A stretch of DNA of 61,571 nt, filler included, from 15 parts of 15 records of this genome joined end to end with filler, not necessarily neighbours in it; one strand, 5' to 3'; shown: positions 1-11,852, counted from the first letter of the whole stretch. Numbers and translations are program-made. The notes: generated by a model not told the origin, from the sequence alone.

Positions 1-5
1 GCCCA

Positions 6-961
6 ATGGGTGACTCGAGCCAGACGCACGATCGCCCGTTTGTTTCCCTTAAGGAGGACACGAGCACACGCGCCGCCGACCCCAACACCAGATCCGGCAC
101 GCTGCTGGCGGATGTCTCCTTCTCGCCAGTCACGGTGGGCTCGAGCCTTCCTGTGGCCTTAGACGGCTGTACAGGTCGAGATAAATATTATTTGGGTGAT
201 CAAACACGGGACGCTCAGCGAGCTCACCTTCCTCCAGAATCCGCGGGCCATCTGCGGCCAGCCGCTCGCCGGCCAGGACTTGCCGCCAGTGCAGGCTCTG
301 GAGGACCCTTGGATGACCTGCTCAATCTCAGAGCTGACGGATCTCACAGAGCTTGGGACACTCATCCCGCCCCCGCAGGCCAATGTGACGCTCTCCCAGG
401 CCGACCGGTCCCCGGTGCTGGCCGACTCGTCACCGGAGCATCGAGCCAAGCTCGAGAACGAGGCGTTCAGTGGCCTAGAAGACTTGCTCAATAGCGAGCT
501 CTCGTCGTTGATCCAGCAGCCGCTGTTTCCAGAGGACGGGAACATGCAGCCGGGCATGCCGCCGGTGGTCCCGTCCGAGCCGGTCTCTGAAGGGCTGATC
601 CCTGCGGTCGAGCCGCTGGCTGTGACGCCCGTGCACCGTGAAGGGTACATGCGATCTAAGGCTCACGAGGCGCGGGGGGTAGAACAGGACTATATTTGTG
701 GCTACTGCGGCCACACGCGCACCTCGGCATCGGCGTGCAGCGTGAGCTAGCCGTTAAGGGGGGGGGGGCTGATGCGGCTGGCAGGACGGGAGAGTGCGCA
801 TTCGATGCTCGTGTGGCGGCAAGCACAAGGACGGAAAGCCACGAATGCATGCCAATTGGCGGCCGGCCAGTGGCGTGATGGTGAAGAAAGAGGACCTCGA
901 GGCGGCCAGTCGGGCCACGATCGAGTCAGGCCACGAGGTGTCTGCTCCAAAGTTTGTGTAG
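6..961 (+). CDS. Hypothetical protein with a C-terminal Cys/His cluster (candidate zinc finger); exons 6-134, 175-741, 785-961; may be 5'-partial
   Basis: Two GT-AG introns (135-174, 40 nt; 742-784, 43 nt) join three frames into one ORF ending YICGYCGHTRTSASACSDGRVRIRCSCGGKHKDGKPRMHANW...PKFV*. Confidence 0.7.
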
Positions 962-1243
962 GTATAGGATTACTTATCGACTAGCGTTAGAATTCAATCA
1001 TTACACTACACACAACCCACGCCCGGCCGGAAGCCCCCGGCACGCGGGCCTCGCCACCCGGCAGCGATATCGAGCGCTTGAGTACGAGCATGTACGACGT
1101 TATTACATGTATCTAGTAATCGAGTAATGAGAGCTCTAGGCGCGAGGCCGGCGAGGCCGGCAGACGCTAGGCAGACGCGGCAGATGTCGAGCTGTAGATC
1201 GAGCTGGGACGACCATTAAACCGGTAACGGTAGTCCGGGAGCC

Positions 1244-3364
1244 ATGCAAGCGGGCACTCCGGATAGCTCAGACGACAGTCAGGATAGCTCAGAAGGCAGC
1301 CCTGCGGCGTCCCCGCCCAGCGGTCCGCCGGCCGGGCCAGCTCCACTGGCGCCGGCAGCAGCGTACGACCTGCTGGTGCAGAGCGGTGCGTTTGGCCGCC
1401 GGCTGCGCCCAGCGGTGCCCCAGGGGACCCAGCAGATCTTCTGGACCCAACGGACGACGACGACAGCTTCGCGTTCAGCGTGGGCAACCCGAGTGTCGCG
1501 GTGCGCGGCGGGGCTGCGGCCCGCCATCCCGGGGGGCAGGAGGTTCGCGGCAGGCTGCGGCTGTTCAGAGATAAAGGCGGGGAGATGGTGTCCGAGGGCG
1601 CCCCGGCCCCGTCCAAGCTCGTCTGCCTGCTGGACATGCCGGCCTACCTGTCGACAGAGGACCTGGTGGCGGCCTGCTCCCGGACCACGGCCCAGCTGCT
1701 CCGAATCCGGCTATTGAGGGACGTCATCGTGCCCGAGCGCCGGATGGTGCTGCTGGAGACCTCGAGCCCGGCGGACGCTCGGCTGTTCTACAATGAGATC
1801 AACGGCACGCTGCTCGGGTCGATCTCGTCTGGCCCGGATGACCAGTGCCGCGCGGTCTTTGTCAAGGCAAGTTGGCCGGGCCGGCTGGTGATGAGGGCCG
1901 GGCGCAGTCGGTGAGCTTCGCAGGGCTCGAGGATACTTCAGACCAGCCGGAGGTGGCGCCGGAGAGGGGGGGGGGAGCGGGGGGCAGGGGATGCTGGAGC
2001 TGCCCAGCTGCACGGTGTGCTTAGACCGGTTGGATTACTCCGTGTCGGGGAGGACTCAGATCACTACTCTGTGAGCGGGCACCTCGGGAGGGTGCTGATC
2101 GCCCGCAGGTGTAACCACACGTTCCACCGAGACTGCTTCGAAGAGAGCATGCGCCGGGGCAGCCGGCACTGCCCGGTGGGTGGCTCGACGGCGCCACGTG
2201 ATCGGGTTACAGGTCTGCCGATACTGCAACGATGGAGCCCCCACAGGATCTGTCTGTCAGGCGAGCGCTCTCACTGCGCCCGGGCATGAGCAGGCTGGAC
2301 AGGAATGTGGCTCGGCCACCTCGCTGTGGATCTGCCTGATATGCGGGTTCATGGGCTGTGGGCGGTGCGAGGCTAGTGCTCTGTAGACGGATGGCAGGGC
2401 AGGTACGACAACGCTCACGCTCGCAAACATTTCGAAGAGACCAAGCACGCTTACGCCTTGGACCCTGAATCCCAACGGGCAAGCCCGGTCCGGCGGGCCG
2501 GGGCTGACTGTTTAGTCAGGTCTGGGACTATGTGGGGGATGGGTACGTTCACAGGCTGATACAGAATCTCGTGGACGGCAAACTAGTCGAGCTGCCGGAT
2601 GTGAATAGCCAGTCAGATTCGAGGGTGGATGGGGAGGTGCGCCACCCGGTGGCTCGGCTGATCGGGTGCAGAGCGCGGCAATCAATAAGTCGCAATTGGA
2701 GGATCTAATGTGTCATTACGAACAAGAGCTGATGGTGCACTTGGAGACTCAGAAGCGATATTTTGAAGAGGAACTGCGAAAGGCGGCAGCCACAGGTCCG
2801 CGCAATTGTGGCCCCGGTGTTGAATGGACGTGTAGGCGCGTTGGCAGTGCAGCAGGAGAAGGCCACTCAGAAGAGACTAACTCAGGTGGTGGCTTGCTGT
2901 CCGGACTGAGCGCTGGTCGCAGCTCAAGGCAAAGTTTGATGAGTTGTCAAAGGAAAACGAGTTTCTTCAACAGGTAGCCAGATGGCGACCAAGTGGCGTG
3001 ACTAGAGATAGGTCAATCAATCTTTGTCAGATAATCAGAGCAGATGGGAGAACCAGCTGTCGTTGCATGTGAGCAACACGGCTGCTAAGCTCAAGGAGAG
3101 GGATGAACGGATAGCCGAGTTGGAGGTCAGGCCTTGATTAGTCTGTGAATAATCGACAGTGCAGGCGCTCAACATGGACTTGATGACTAGCATGGAGACG
3201 CAGGCTAAGATCCAGCAAGTGGGCGGGGTGGGTGGGCTGATGGTGGTCACCGGTCAGTCTTGCGTAGCTGGCGGTATCTCTCTGAGCATTGTGCAGATGA
3301 GCCCGAAATGAGCTCCGCTGAGAAGAAGGCCGCCGCTCGAAGAAAGAAGAAACTTGGACGCTGA
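1244..3364 (+). CDS. BRAP: BRCA1-associated protein 2 / ETP1 / BRIZ-type RING and ZnF-UBP E3 ubiquitin ligase; about 15-16 introns of 35-44 nt
   Basis: Spliced product shows the BRAP2 domain (FSVGNP..., [10 protein letters not shown]..., RMVLL...[10 protein letters not shown]), RING ([13 protein letters not shown]...[13 protein letters not shown]...CPVCRYC), ZnF-UBP ([36 protein letters not shown]...[13 protein letters not shown]) and a C-terminal coiled coil. Confidence 0.93.
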
Positions 3365-3451
3365 CATCTTCAAGTTTCTAAGAGACTGTATATTAAATTA
3401 AACTTGGAAAATTAACGGTTTAGATCTAGAGAACGCCGTTTGCCTCGAGGA

Positions 3452-3551
3452 NNNNNNNNNNNNNNNNNNNNNNNNNNNNNNNNNNNNNNNNNNNNTTAAT
3501 TAATTAANNNNNNNNNNNNNNNNNNNNNNNNNNNNNNNNNNNNNNNNNNNN
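3452..3551. other. Artificial contig spacer (first of 14; others start at 7019, 12082, 15697, 19476, 22873, 26622, 29923, 33511, 36804, 41995, 45214, 49815, 55224)
   Basis: Identical N-runs flank TTAATTAATTAA, which gives stop codons in all six frames. Confidence 0.98.
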
Positions 3552-6500
3552 ACGTTGGCTGGCTTGCAGGCCTGCCGCCAGCGAGAGGGTGGAGACTGGC
3601 TATCGATGGTGCACGTTTTGTTGAGCAACAGGCACCAGAGCCTGTCGAATGAATTAGATCCGCCTGGCAAGCCGCAAGAGACGCCCGTCAGCAGCACTAA
3701 AAGGGTGTTTGGTATCAAGATTTCCAACTTCTGCGGCACTCTACTTTGAACAGCTGGCACTGCAGATACAGCAGTCTGCACCGCTAGTGTCGCCAGCTGC
3801 GGTGCCAAGAAAGCGGCAACCCGAGCTATTGTAGGCTGCTCAAAGATCAGCGTGCTTGGCATCTTCACTCCTGCTCCCAGCTCACGCCGCAGCGAGCTTT
3901 GCAACTCAGTGGCAGCCAGTGAGTCCACTCCACTCTCCGTAAAGGGATCATCCAGAGCCACTCGCACTCCAGCCGCCTCTTGCACCTTATACAGCACCAA
4001 CGCCTCTACTGCTCCTTGAAGCTGCTCAGCTTTGAGACCTGCCAAGCTAGCTGGGAGTTCAGTCCTAGTATCATTCACGACAAGGCCAGTCTGAATGCTA
4101 CAGATTGACACTGATTTCTGGTCGTGCACTGCTGGCCTCGAAATAGGAATGAACTGGTCAAAGAGCGATGTTTCATGCTGCTGATTCAGCAGAAATCTTG
4201 ACCACTGTAGGTTTGCCGCTGCGACATTAGCTAGGCCAGACTTTATGCAAAATTCCAAGGCAAACAGCCCCTGGTTGTTTGATAAGCAGTTCACACCATG
4301 TTCGTGCATGGCTTGAGGGTCTGCAGAGTCCACGGACATACCCGCGCTACCCCATGGTCCCCATTGTACAGTAAGCTGCACATGCACAAAATGTCAGCAC
4401 ATTGCAACAGCAACACAAACCGCTTTGAGTATATGTATGCTTTCAGATGCGGTCAGTTTGTCAAGATATGAGTTTGCAGCACTGTAGTTGCTTTGGCCAG
4501 CGGATCCTAGCAATGCTGCAGTTGAGGAGCAGTATAAAAGCAGTTCTAGGTTGGTTTGGTCTTGTGCAGCGGTCCTGTGAAGCAACCAGGCTGCCTGAAC
4601 ACCAAAAAGGTCAGCAAACTGTGCAAGTTGTGCTGAAACAGACCTCAGCTTTAGGAGCCCACACAGCCCGCATCGCTGCCTGGGTTGTATTGGGAAGCAG
4701 CGCATCTGCAAGTGTCCCTGCGGCGTGCACAATGGCATGAGGTGTCCTTTGTATAGGGTGCAGTGCTCCGACCATCTCTGTTGACTTCATTGCACAACAG
4801 CAACGGACTTGAGTGCTCGCATTCAATTGTGTGTTCCAGACTTGTCTGTTAGGCGTTCCTTTCCGAGACAGCAGGGTAGCTCGGCCAGAACCACGATGTG
4901 CAAACCACCGTGAAAGGAGTGTCCCAAGTGCGCCCGTGCCCCCAGTGACAAGCAGGTGTGCGTTGAGTCTCCTGACGCTGTTCAACGACGAGTTCTTTGC
5001 TGCATAAAGCCGATCAAGCGTAGGATATTCCCATTCGAACCCAGGGTCTGGAGTGCCTTGTTGATTGTCTACTGCGATGCTGTGGCGAAGCTTAATGTAG
5101 GGCTGGTTTTCTTTGCCTGGCAACATGGCAAGAAGTACTGCTTGTGCTACCAAGTGCTCCAGAGCGACTTCCACACATACGGCCACCATTTCAGACCGCT
5201 CTGTATTTATTGTCCTTCCAAGACCCACTTCCCCGCTCAGTGGACCTACCATCCATATCTTGCCATGCACAGCTTGTACAGCACGCAAAGCAGCGCACAA
5301 AGCTTTGTTTACAGTTGCAACGGATGCCGACTGCCAGAGAAGATTATCTTCTGGGTTCTCAGAAACTTGCTTGCAAAGCTCTTCAGTAGTGCTAGTCAAC
5401 TGTGCCCCTACAAGCAGCATGGTCACAGTCACTTCCTTAGGGGCTGCTTAGCTAGTACTACTATTGTTCTAGAAACTACCTGGATAAGTGCACTGGGTAG
5501 AGCCACACCAAGTAAGAGATCCGAATGCACTGTGTTGCGGGCGACAGCTGACTCTGCGCCATGTAACGGTGTAGCACAACTTTGCTGTCCGGTGTGATTC
5601 CATTACCCCAGTGGTAATATCACTGGTCGCGCCTGTGCCAACACTCCCGCCGAATATGCAGTAGCACTGCAAATCAGTCCCATATAGCCGACTCGTTGCA
5701 GTAGTTGTCACACTCCAGAACACCGCGTCACACAGTTTCAGGTTACAATTGAAGTGCATTTGTTCAATGGAGGCAAATCCACTAGGTATCGTATTTCCAA
5801 GGGTGACAAGGTGTAATGCATACGCCGGCTGTGCAAAGACATCAAGGACAGCACCAGAGCGAAGATGCGGTGAGAGCGCACTGTTATTGCACACTTGAAA
5901 ATCAAGCCTTGCCAATATGGATCCATCGTTGGCCCACATGCAGGTGGCTGAACGAAAGTCGCCTCGGTAGGCATTTGGGACGAAGCCATAGAAATCTTCG
6001 CCTGCGATTGCTTTCGGTAACTGGTTTCCTTTCAGAGGTTGTATCGTGTATCGCACTGCATCACTTTGCAGTACCGTACAATGCTCTGTCCTCGTGTATT
6101 GCACTTCTGATGAGAGCAGGATGAGTCCAGTGTCCCTCAACTCGATGCGAAGGACAGGTAACTCTTGCTCATGGTCCAAAAAGAGGAATGCCGAGAATTT
6201 TGCCTGCCTCAAGGAGGTGTGTGGTGGGTCTGATAAGACGGAAGCATTTCGGGCCATCTGCACGAAATGAGTACCTGGTACACAGGGGATCTGTCCAACG
6301 CGGTGATCTCTCAAGAACACGAGCTCAAAATTCATCCATCTTCTCTGCCACACCTAGGAACAAACAGTGAGTCTTGCCAAGACACATTCGCACCATTTGA
6401 TGTTGCCCCAGGGTGTGCGCACCGAGTAAGTGGTGAGATACTGGAATTTCCAGCACTGCTCCCCCCCATACAAAACGCTGACGTGAATAGTACAAGCTCA

Positions 6501-7018
6501 GATCTGTACCTAGCTCAGGCTCAAGGTGTTGTCTTTTACTCTGTCTCATTATAGCATGTGAATTTGTGCCTGAGAAGCCAAATGAGCTGACTCCTGCAAT
6601 TATTTGCTTAATCGACACCGGACCAGCTTGAGATGGCAGCAAATGGGCAGTCTTTTGGGCTCCAAGATTGGGGTTAGTTACCCTGAGATGCAGGTTTGGC
6701 GCAAGCGCCTCCTGGCACAGCACTTGTGCATTCTTTATCAATCCGAGCAGTCCTGCAGCTGCTTCGGAATGGCCTACGTTTGATTTGACGCCCCCGAGAG
6801 TGATTGGTTGTGCGTGTGGACTCCTTTTAAGTAGCACCCGAGTCAGGGCATTAACTTCGATTGGGTCACCAAGCGCAGTTCCTGTGCCGTGTGTCTCAAC
6901 ATGGTGCTCGCTGTCAGTACCTGCAAGCGCGGCTTGAATAACTGCTTCCTGGGCTGGACCATTGGGCGCCGAAAAGCTTGCGCTGCGACCGTCCTGATTA
7001 ACACTAGATCCTTGTAAA
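3552..7018 (-). CDS. Modular type I polyketide synthase fragment: KS(C-part)-DH-KR-ACP-KS(N-part), no AT domain; truncated at both ends
   Basis: KS: NQDGRSASFSAPNGPAQ, HGTGTALGDPIE, KSNVGHSEAAAG, GVSSFGFSGTNSH. DH: HHLLG, FLRDHRVGQIPCVPG, LDVFAQ. KR: VTGGTGALG, HAAGTLAD, SSTAALLGSAGQSNYSAAN, QWGPW. ACP: GVDSLAATEL. Next KS: GVSCGLPGG. Frames are joined by GT-AG introns 6354-6393, 5444-5479, 4595-4643, 4376-4420. Confidence 0.93.
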
Positions 7019-7164
7019 NNNNNNNNNNNNNNNNNNNNNNNNNNNNNNNNNNNNNNNNNNNNTTAATTAATTAANNNNNNNNNNNNNNNNNNNNNNNNNN
7101 NNNNNNNNNNNNNNNNNNGCTTCGCAGCAAACCCTTAGGCCGCCTTACCACCGCCTCAAAACAG

Positions 7165-7273
7165 TCTAACTTTTTGATGATTTTTTTAAGTTGGTCTCGA
7201 TTACATTTTTTTGGCTCGAAAAGAGGATTGGCGCTTTAAAAAGGGGGGTTAGAAAGATCATCAAAAAGTCAGA
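7165..7273. repeat. AT-rich inverted repeat with 25-nt arms (7165-7189 and 7249-7273, 22/25 match)
   Basis: TCTAACTTTTTGATGATTTTTTTAA versus the reverse complement of TTAGAAAGATCATCAAAAAGTCAGA. Confidence 0.75.
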
Positions 7274-7379
7274 TTTGGGCAATTTTTTCGCCGTGCGTTG
7301 AATGGCATTACAGGTACTGTACTTGTACAGTACTCGTCGTGACAATGTCATGTATACATGTACGAGTATGTTCTATCAG

Positions 7380-10329
7380 TCATGTTCTATCGATCAGCGT
7401 GTCCCCTTGCCAACGCCGGCTCCGGATCATGTGTGACCCCTGGTTGAACTCGTGCGCCACGCCGATATTTTCTTTGTCTAAGTTGAGGACTGCATGTGCC
7501 CTGCAACCACGAAGGTCAGACCAACCTAGCGAGACCTATTTACCAATGGGTTGGAATGAACAGCGCGTCCCCGGCTTCCATCCGGCAAAGGAGCGGGGCG
7601 TGGCCGTCAACCTGTCAAACGAGCCTCGCTCGGGTACAACCGGCCGGTCTACCACGGGCAAGCGAGCGTGCTGCTTCTTAATGCATGAGGTGGAGTGGCA
7701 TTTGTGCAACTTGGCAGCTGCCTTGGACACATCACTCGTCTCGCCGAACAACCGGGCTGCAAGCAACACTCATCCCAGTTCCGCTCGCGGGGCACCTGGG
7801 TGTATGTTGGATCTAAAAGCCGCCGCTGGAGGGTACAAGACAAAAGCCTTGCTACCTCGAATGAGCGTGTTCCACGCGTCTGCCAACGCCAGTTAGCACC
7901 ACGCCAAACACCAGTACACCTGTGTGGTAGTGCACGTGCGAACCGGTCCCCGCGCGCCCGGCACTCAAGTGCACCGCAAGTACGCTCCAGACTGACGAGC
8001 GCTTCGGGTCGAGATACGCTGGAGTCTGTATGTCGCGCTCAATCAGCGCGAGCTCCTCATCTCGGAGCCCCTTGAAGAGATACAGAGGTTCACCCGCGCG
8101 ATTGGACTGCTCCCACAGCGAGTCACTTGAGTTGCTCAGGAACTGCTCGAGCGAGGTGCGCTCGCCCTCGAGCCCTCCATAGTCCGACGGGTAGGCAATG
8201 CCGGAGACCTCCACGTTGAGCTTGCCCAGCCTGCTACTCAGTGTGCGCCGTGTCCAGTTCTTCATCGCAGGCCAGTGGTCGGCGGCGCCCCTGAGCAGGA
8301 CAGGACGGCCGATTGTCAAGTGATTCCTCTGGAACTCTGCCTGCGACAGTTCGGAAGCGTGCAAGTGCGGAATGGGACAGGTTGGCCACCACTCCTGCAG
8401 CGCACTCTCGGGGCGGTCGGGGCACTGTGATGTGCCGCCAGTTTTGTTGAGTTCCGTTAGCACAGCTGTGTGCCCAAACAGACAGGCCACGTCGTGTGCG
8501 GTCCGGCCGTCGTTGTCCACTACAGTGTCGGCGCCGCGGCGCATCAGCAATTTTACAATCTCTGCATTCCCACCAGCTGCAGCGATGTGCAGCGGCGACC
8601 TGCCAGCCCAATCCTGGAGGGACAGGTTTGGCCGCAGTTTGAGCAGAGCGGCTGTCAGCGTGGCGTCTCCGTTGGCGACGGCAATGTGCAGCGGTGTGGA
8701 GCCTGAAGGCGAGGCCTGCGCATTCAGTCCGGCCCGGCTTTTCGCGGCGAGCATCTCAATCGCTTTGACGTGCCCGATTGAGGTCAGTTCTAGTAATTCG
8801 TTCAGGCTCCAGCTGACCATGCCTGGTTGGAGGAGAGACACAGGCAGCCTGGCCTTGAACAGCGCCAGATTGAGCTTATGGTCGGGATGGAGGATCTGCT
8901 CGACCGTTGCTAGATTCATCCCAACATTCCAACCGAGCTTCAGCGCGGATGCCGACTTGTCCCGGAGAGCCTTACTGTATGCCACGTACTGCTGGCCTCT
9001 ACCCATCTTCCTCACCAGCTGCTTTGTTAGCTCGACAGCATCGGCCGCATAGTGATACGCCGACTCCCTCTCCTTGGTGAGCAGGCCAGAGTCAGCCCCG
9101 TGCTCGAGACACAAGGCTGTCAGCGCTGCGTCCAGACGGCCAGTGGCCAGATGCAGGCACCCGAGCGAATGGTTTTTAGGGTTCACAGCTCCTCCCCGTT
9201 TGAGCATTCGGTCCACCCGGTGCACATCCCCTGCTAAGCAGCCGGACAGCACCGCATCACGACTCGGGCGCTCGGCTTTGGGGCTGGCGGTGCACTTTTG
9301 CGGCCCAAAATTGAGTCGGTTGTTCACGTTGAGCGTCTCGACAAAAGTGAACTCCGGACCGAGGCCTCGCCTGGGGCATTCCAACCCTTTGCCGTGCACT
9401 GCAACAAACGACTCGGTGGCGCACCGCTCGTGACTGCTGGGCCCGTCGGGGAGGCAGCGAGACGAGTGCAGGCACCAACCGCAGTGCTGGACCACACAGC
9501 GCTCGCACTCTGACCAGAGCGCGCAATGTGCGGCGTCTGGTCGATAGAATCCGCCGTCTTCCGGCGCGTATACTCCCACTAGCAGCCCATCTGCCCTCCT
9601 ATTAGGTCCTAGGTCGTATTCAAAGTCCGACATGATCACGCTCACGTCCTTGTAAAGCCCGCTCTCCCGCATGTGAGACCAGAGGGCCTTCACTGCAGGG
9701 TGGTCAGAAAACACCACGGCGTTGTCAGCCACCACCAGCGAGCCTGCCCGCAGCAGACCCGCCGCCTCAGCCGCCTGCAGCGTCGGCAGGTACAGCTCCT
9801 TTAGGTGGTCGAGCACCAGCACCGCCACCGGCCGGCCCTGCAGCTGTTGCACAGCCTGGCTGTCGTTCATCGCGAGCAGCTCCACCTTGCCGGCCAGCCC
9901 CGCCCGGCCCACCACCGTCTGCAGCAGCTTTCCCAGCGCTGGGTGCGGCTCAACCGCCAACACCCGCCCGCCCGGGCCCAGCCGGCGGGCCAGCACCACC
10001 GCCGAGTACCCGATATAACTCCCAAACTCCAGCACTGTGCCCGACAGCGCCTCCGGGGCCAGCCGGCCGAGCAGCCGGTCGAGCGCGGCCGCCTTGGCAG
10101 GACCCAGGTTCATCATCCACTGCCGCTCCCAGCAGAACCGGTCGATCGCCGTCAGCACCGCCTCCGGCCCCTTGGCCGCCGCCAGCACCGCCTGCGCCGC
10201 TGCGTCCTCGGTCCCCGCGTGGAAGCTAAGCGGGCCCCGGTCAGCTGGTCGGCCGGCCCGAGATGGGGTCGCCTCCGGCCAGCCCTGCGCCGAGGCCCAG
10301 AGCAGCAGCAGGGCAGCCCGCCATCTCAT
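7380..10329 (-). CDS. Signal peptide - catechol O-methyltransferase - PSI domain - ankyrin repeats - JmjC (JMJD8-like, HxH) fusion protein
   Basis: Signal MRWRAALLLLWASAQG; COMT motifs WMMNLGPAK, LEFGSYIGYSAV, LDHLKELY, VVADN; PSI CxxxxxCxxCxxxxCGWCxxxxxC; ANK GSTPLHIAV, GRSPLHIAAAGG; JmjC GRPVLLRG...W.A...W, GSHVHYHT, then after four small 3' introns DAWNTLIRGSKAFVLYPP...MEAGDALFIPTHWAHAVLNL...IGVA. Confidence 0.85.
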
Positions 10330-10595
10330 ACGAGTCTAGCGCAGTGCGCGCGTTGTCCCGGCCGCTGGACGCGATCCAGATCGCCGTTGCGAGGCACGGA
10401 GGGCCGACGTGTGACGCAGCGGTGTCCGCTGAGGCAGCCGTGGCGGGGGAGCCGGATGCGGAGCGGGCCACGCTCAACCGCTGGCTGGACAAGCGCTCGG
10501 CCGCCGAGCCGCTGCTGCCGGGGGGCAAGAGGCGGCTGGCCGACATCGCGGCCCAGTCTGGATTCTTCTTTGCGGGGGAGGGCGACTTGATCGGG

Positions 10596-11768
10596 ATGCA
10601 CCAGTGGCTGGCCGAGGCCCCGGAGGCCAAGGTGGTCGAGCTGGTGACGCTGGTGAACGCACAGCTCCACACGGTGCGCCCCCGGCCGCCTGGGGGTGAC
10701 TGGGGCGACAGGTGAACGAGCTGATGCCTCCGGAGGAGCCACCGCTGCTGCCTGGTCGAGTGTTCGCCCGGGGGAGCACCGACGAAGGGGTGGAGATGTG
10801 GCAGCACAAGGCGCACGGGTGCGCCCGGTGGCCTGGCAGCTCTGACCGCAGGGGCCAGATGGACCGCAGTGCGCGGGGACACTTGCCTGCACCTGGCGCT
10901 CCGCGGGCGCCGCTTGGATTTGGCCTGGCTGCTGGTCAAGTACGGCAACGACCAGACCGTCGAGGTGTGCAACGCGGCTGGCCACTCGCCCGACGCGCTC
11001 GCTGAGGAGCTCGGGCTGCCGTGGCCTATCCCGCCTCCGATACTGGACGTGGAGGTGGGCGGTGCCGATCTTGTATACGAGGGGTCCCGGCGAGGATGCA
11101 TGTTCCCCGGCAAACTGCTCGGGTCCAACCAGTACTGGGTGTTTGAGGTGCTCGTCCGGCCGGCCGGCAGGCCTGAGCGGTCGATATGGCGACGGTATTC
11201 CGAGTTTGCTGCGCTTCGCAAGAAGCTCGAGAAACGAGGGCTGGCGCACGTGGCGCTGTGTCCGCTCCCGAGTGCCGTGAAGGCAATGATGTTCGACTAT
11301 CAGTGCCAGGACGACCTGTTTGAACGGATGGAGGTGCTCGATCGGTTCATCCAGCGGCTTTCGCTCTGCCCTGCAGTGGTCAAAACACCAGAGTTTGCTC
11401 AGTTCTGCGACTGCTCGATAGAGACCCCAAGGGTGAGCATACGACTGGTCTCCCGCCGCGCCCGTGAGCTGGAACCCGGGCGGTCCGCTCCGGCGAACAC
11501 GAGTGAGGCTAGGGCGGAAGAGGAGGAGGCTGTGGATGTTGGACTGCTTGAGGCTGCGGCTGCGGGCGAGGTACCAGAGACTGATATAGAGCTGCCGGAA
11601 GCTGGGTGGGAATCGTGCTACGAGAAGGCCGATGAAGAGCCCCCGACTGCTGTGGAGGAGCCTCCTGAGCCGATGGCTGACTTGTTATTTTCTCGTGCGG
11701 AGCCTGTTGAGCCAATAGTTGAGCCAATAGCTGTAGAGCCCAGTGCGCCTAGGTATCCCGAGTTTTGA
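10596..11768 (+). CDS. Ankyrin + PX (phox homology) domain protein with an acidic tail; start and 5' exons uncertain
   Basis: ANK: GDTCLHLALRGRRLDLAWLLVKYG. PX: YWVFEV...IWRRYSEFAALRKKL...PLPS...ERMEVLDRFIQRL...PEFAQF. Confidence 0.75.
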
Positions 11769-11852
11769 TATATATTAGATCTACATTGAGCTTGTTGTCT
11801 ACTGACTTGCTGACTTATAATTATAATTACGAGTCATGTACGCGTACGAGTC

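Noticed and set aside
4376-6393. PKS as a frameshifted pseudogene, or use of an alternative genetic code
   Set aside because: Each break is resolved by a canonical small GT-AG intron that restores conserved motifs; TAA, TAG and TGA all act as stops in other genes
3552-10329. PKS next to an O-methyltransferase/oxygenase fusion as a biosynthetic gene cluster
   Set aside because: They are on different contigs separated by the spacer at 7019-7118, so there is no evidence of linkage
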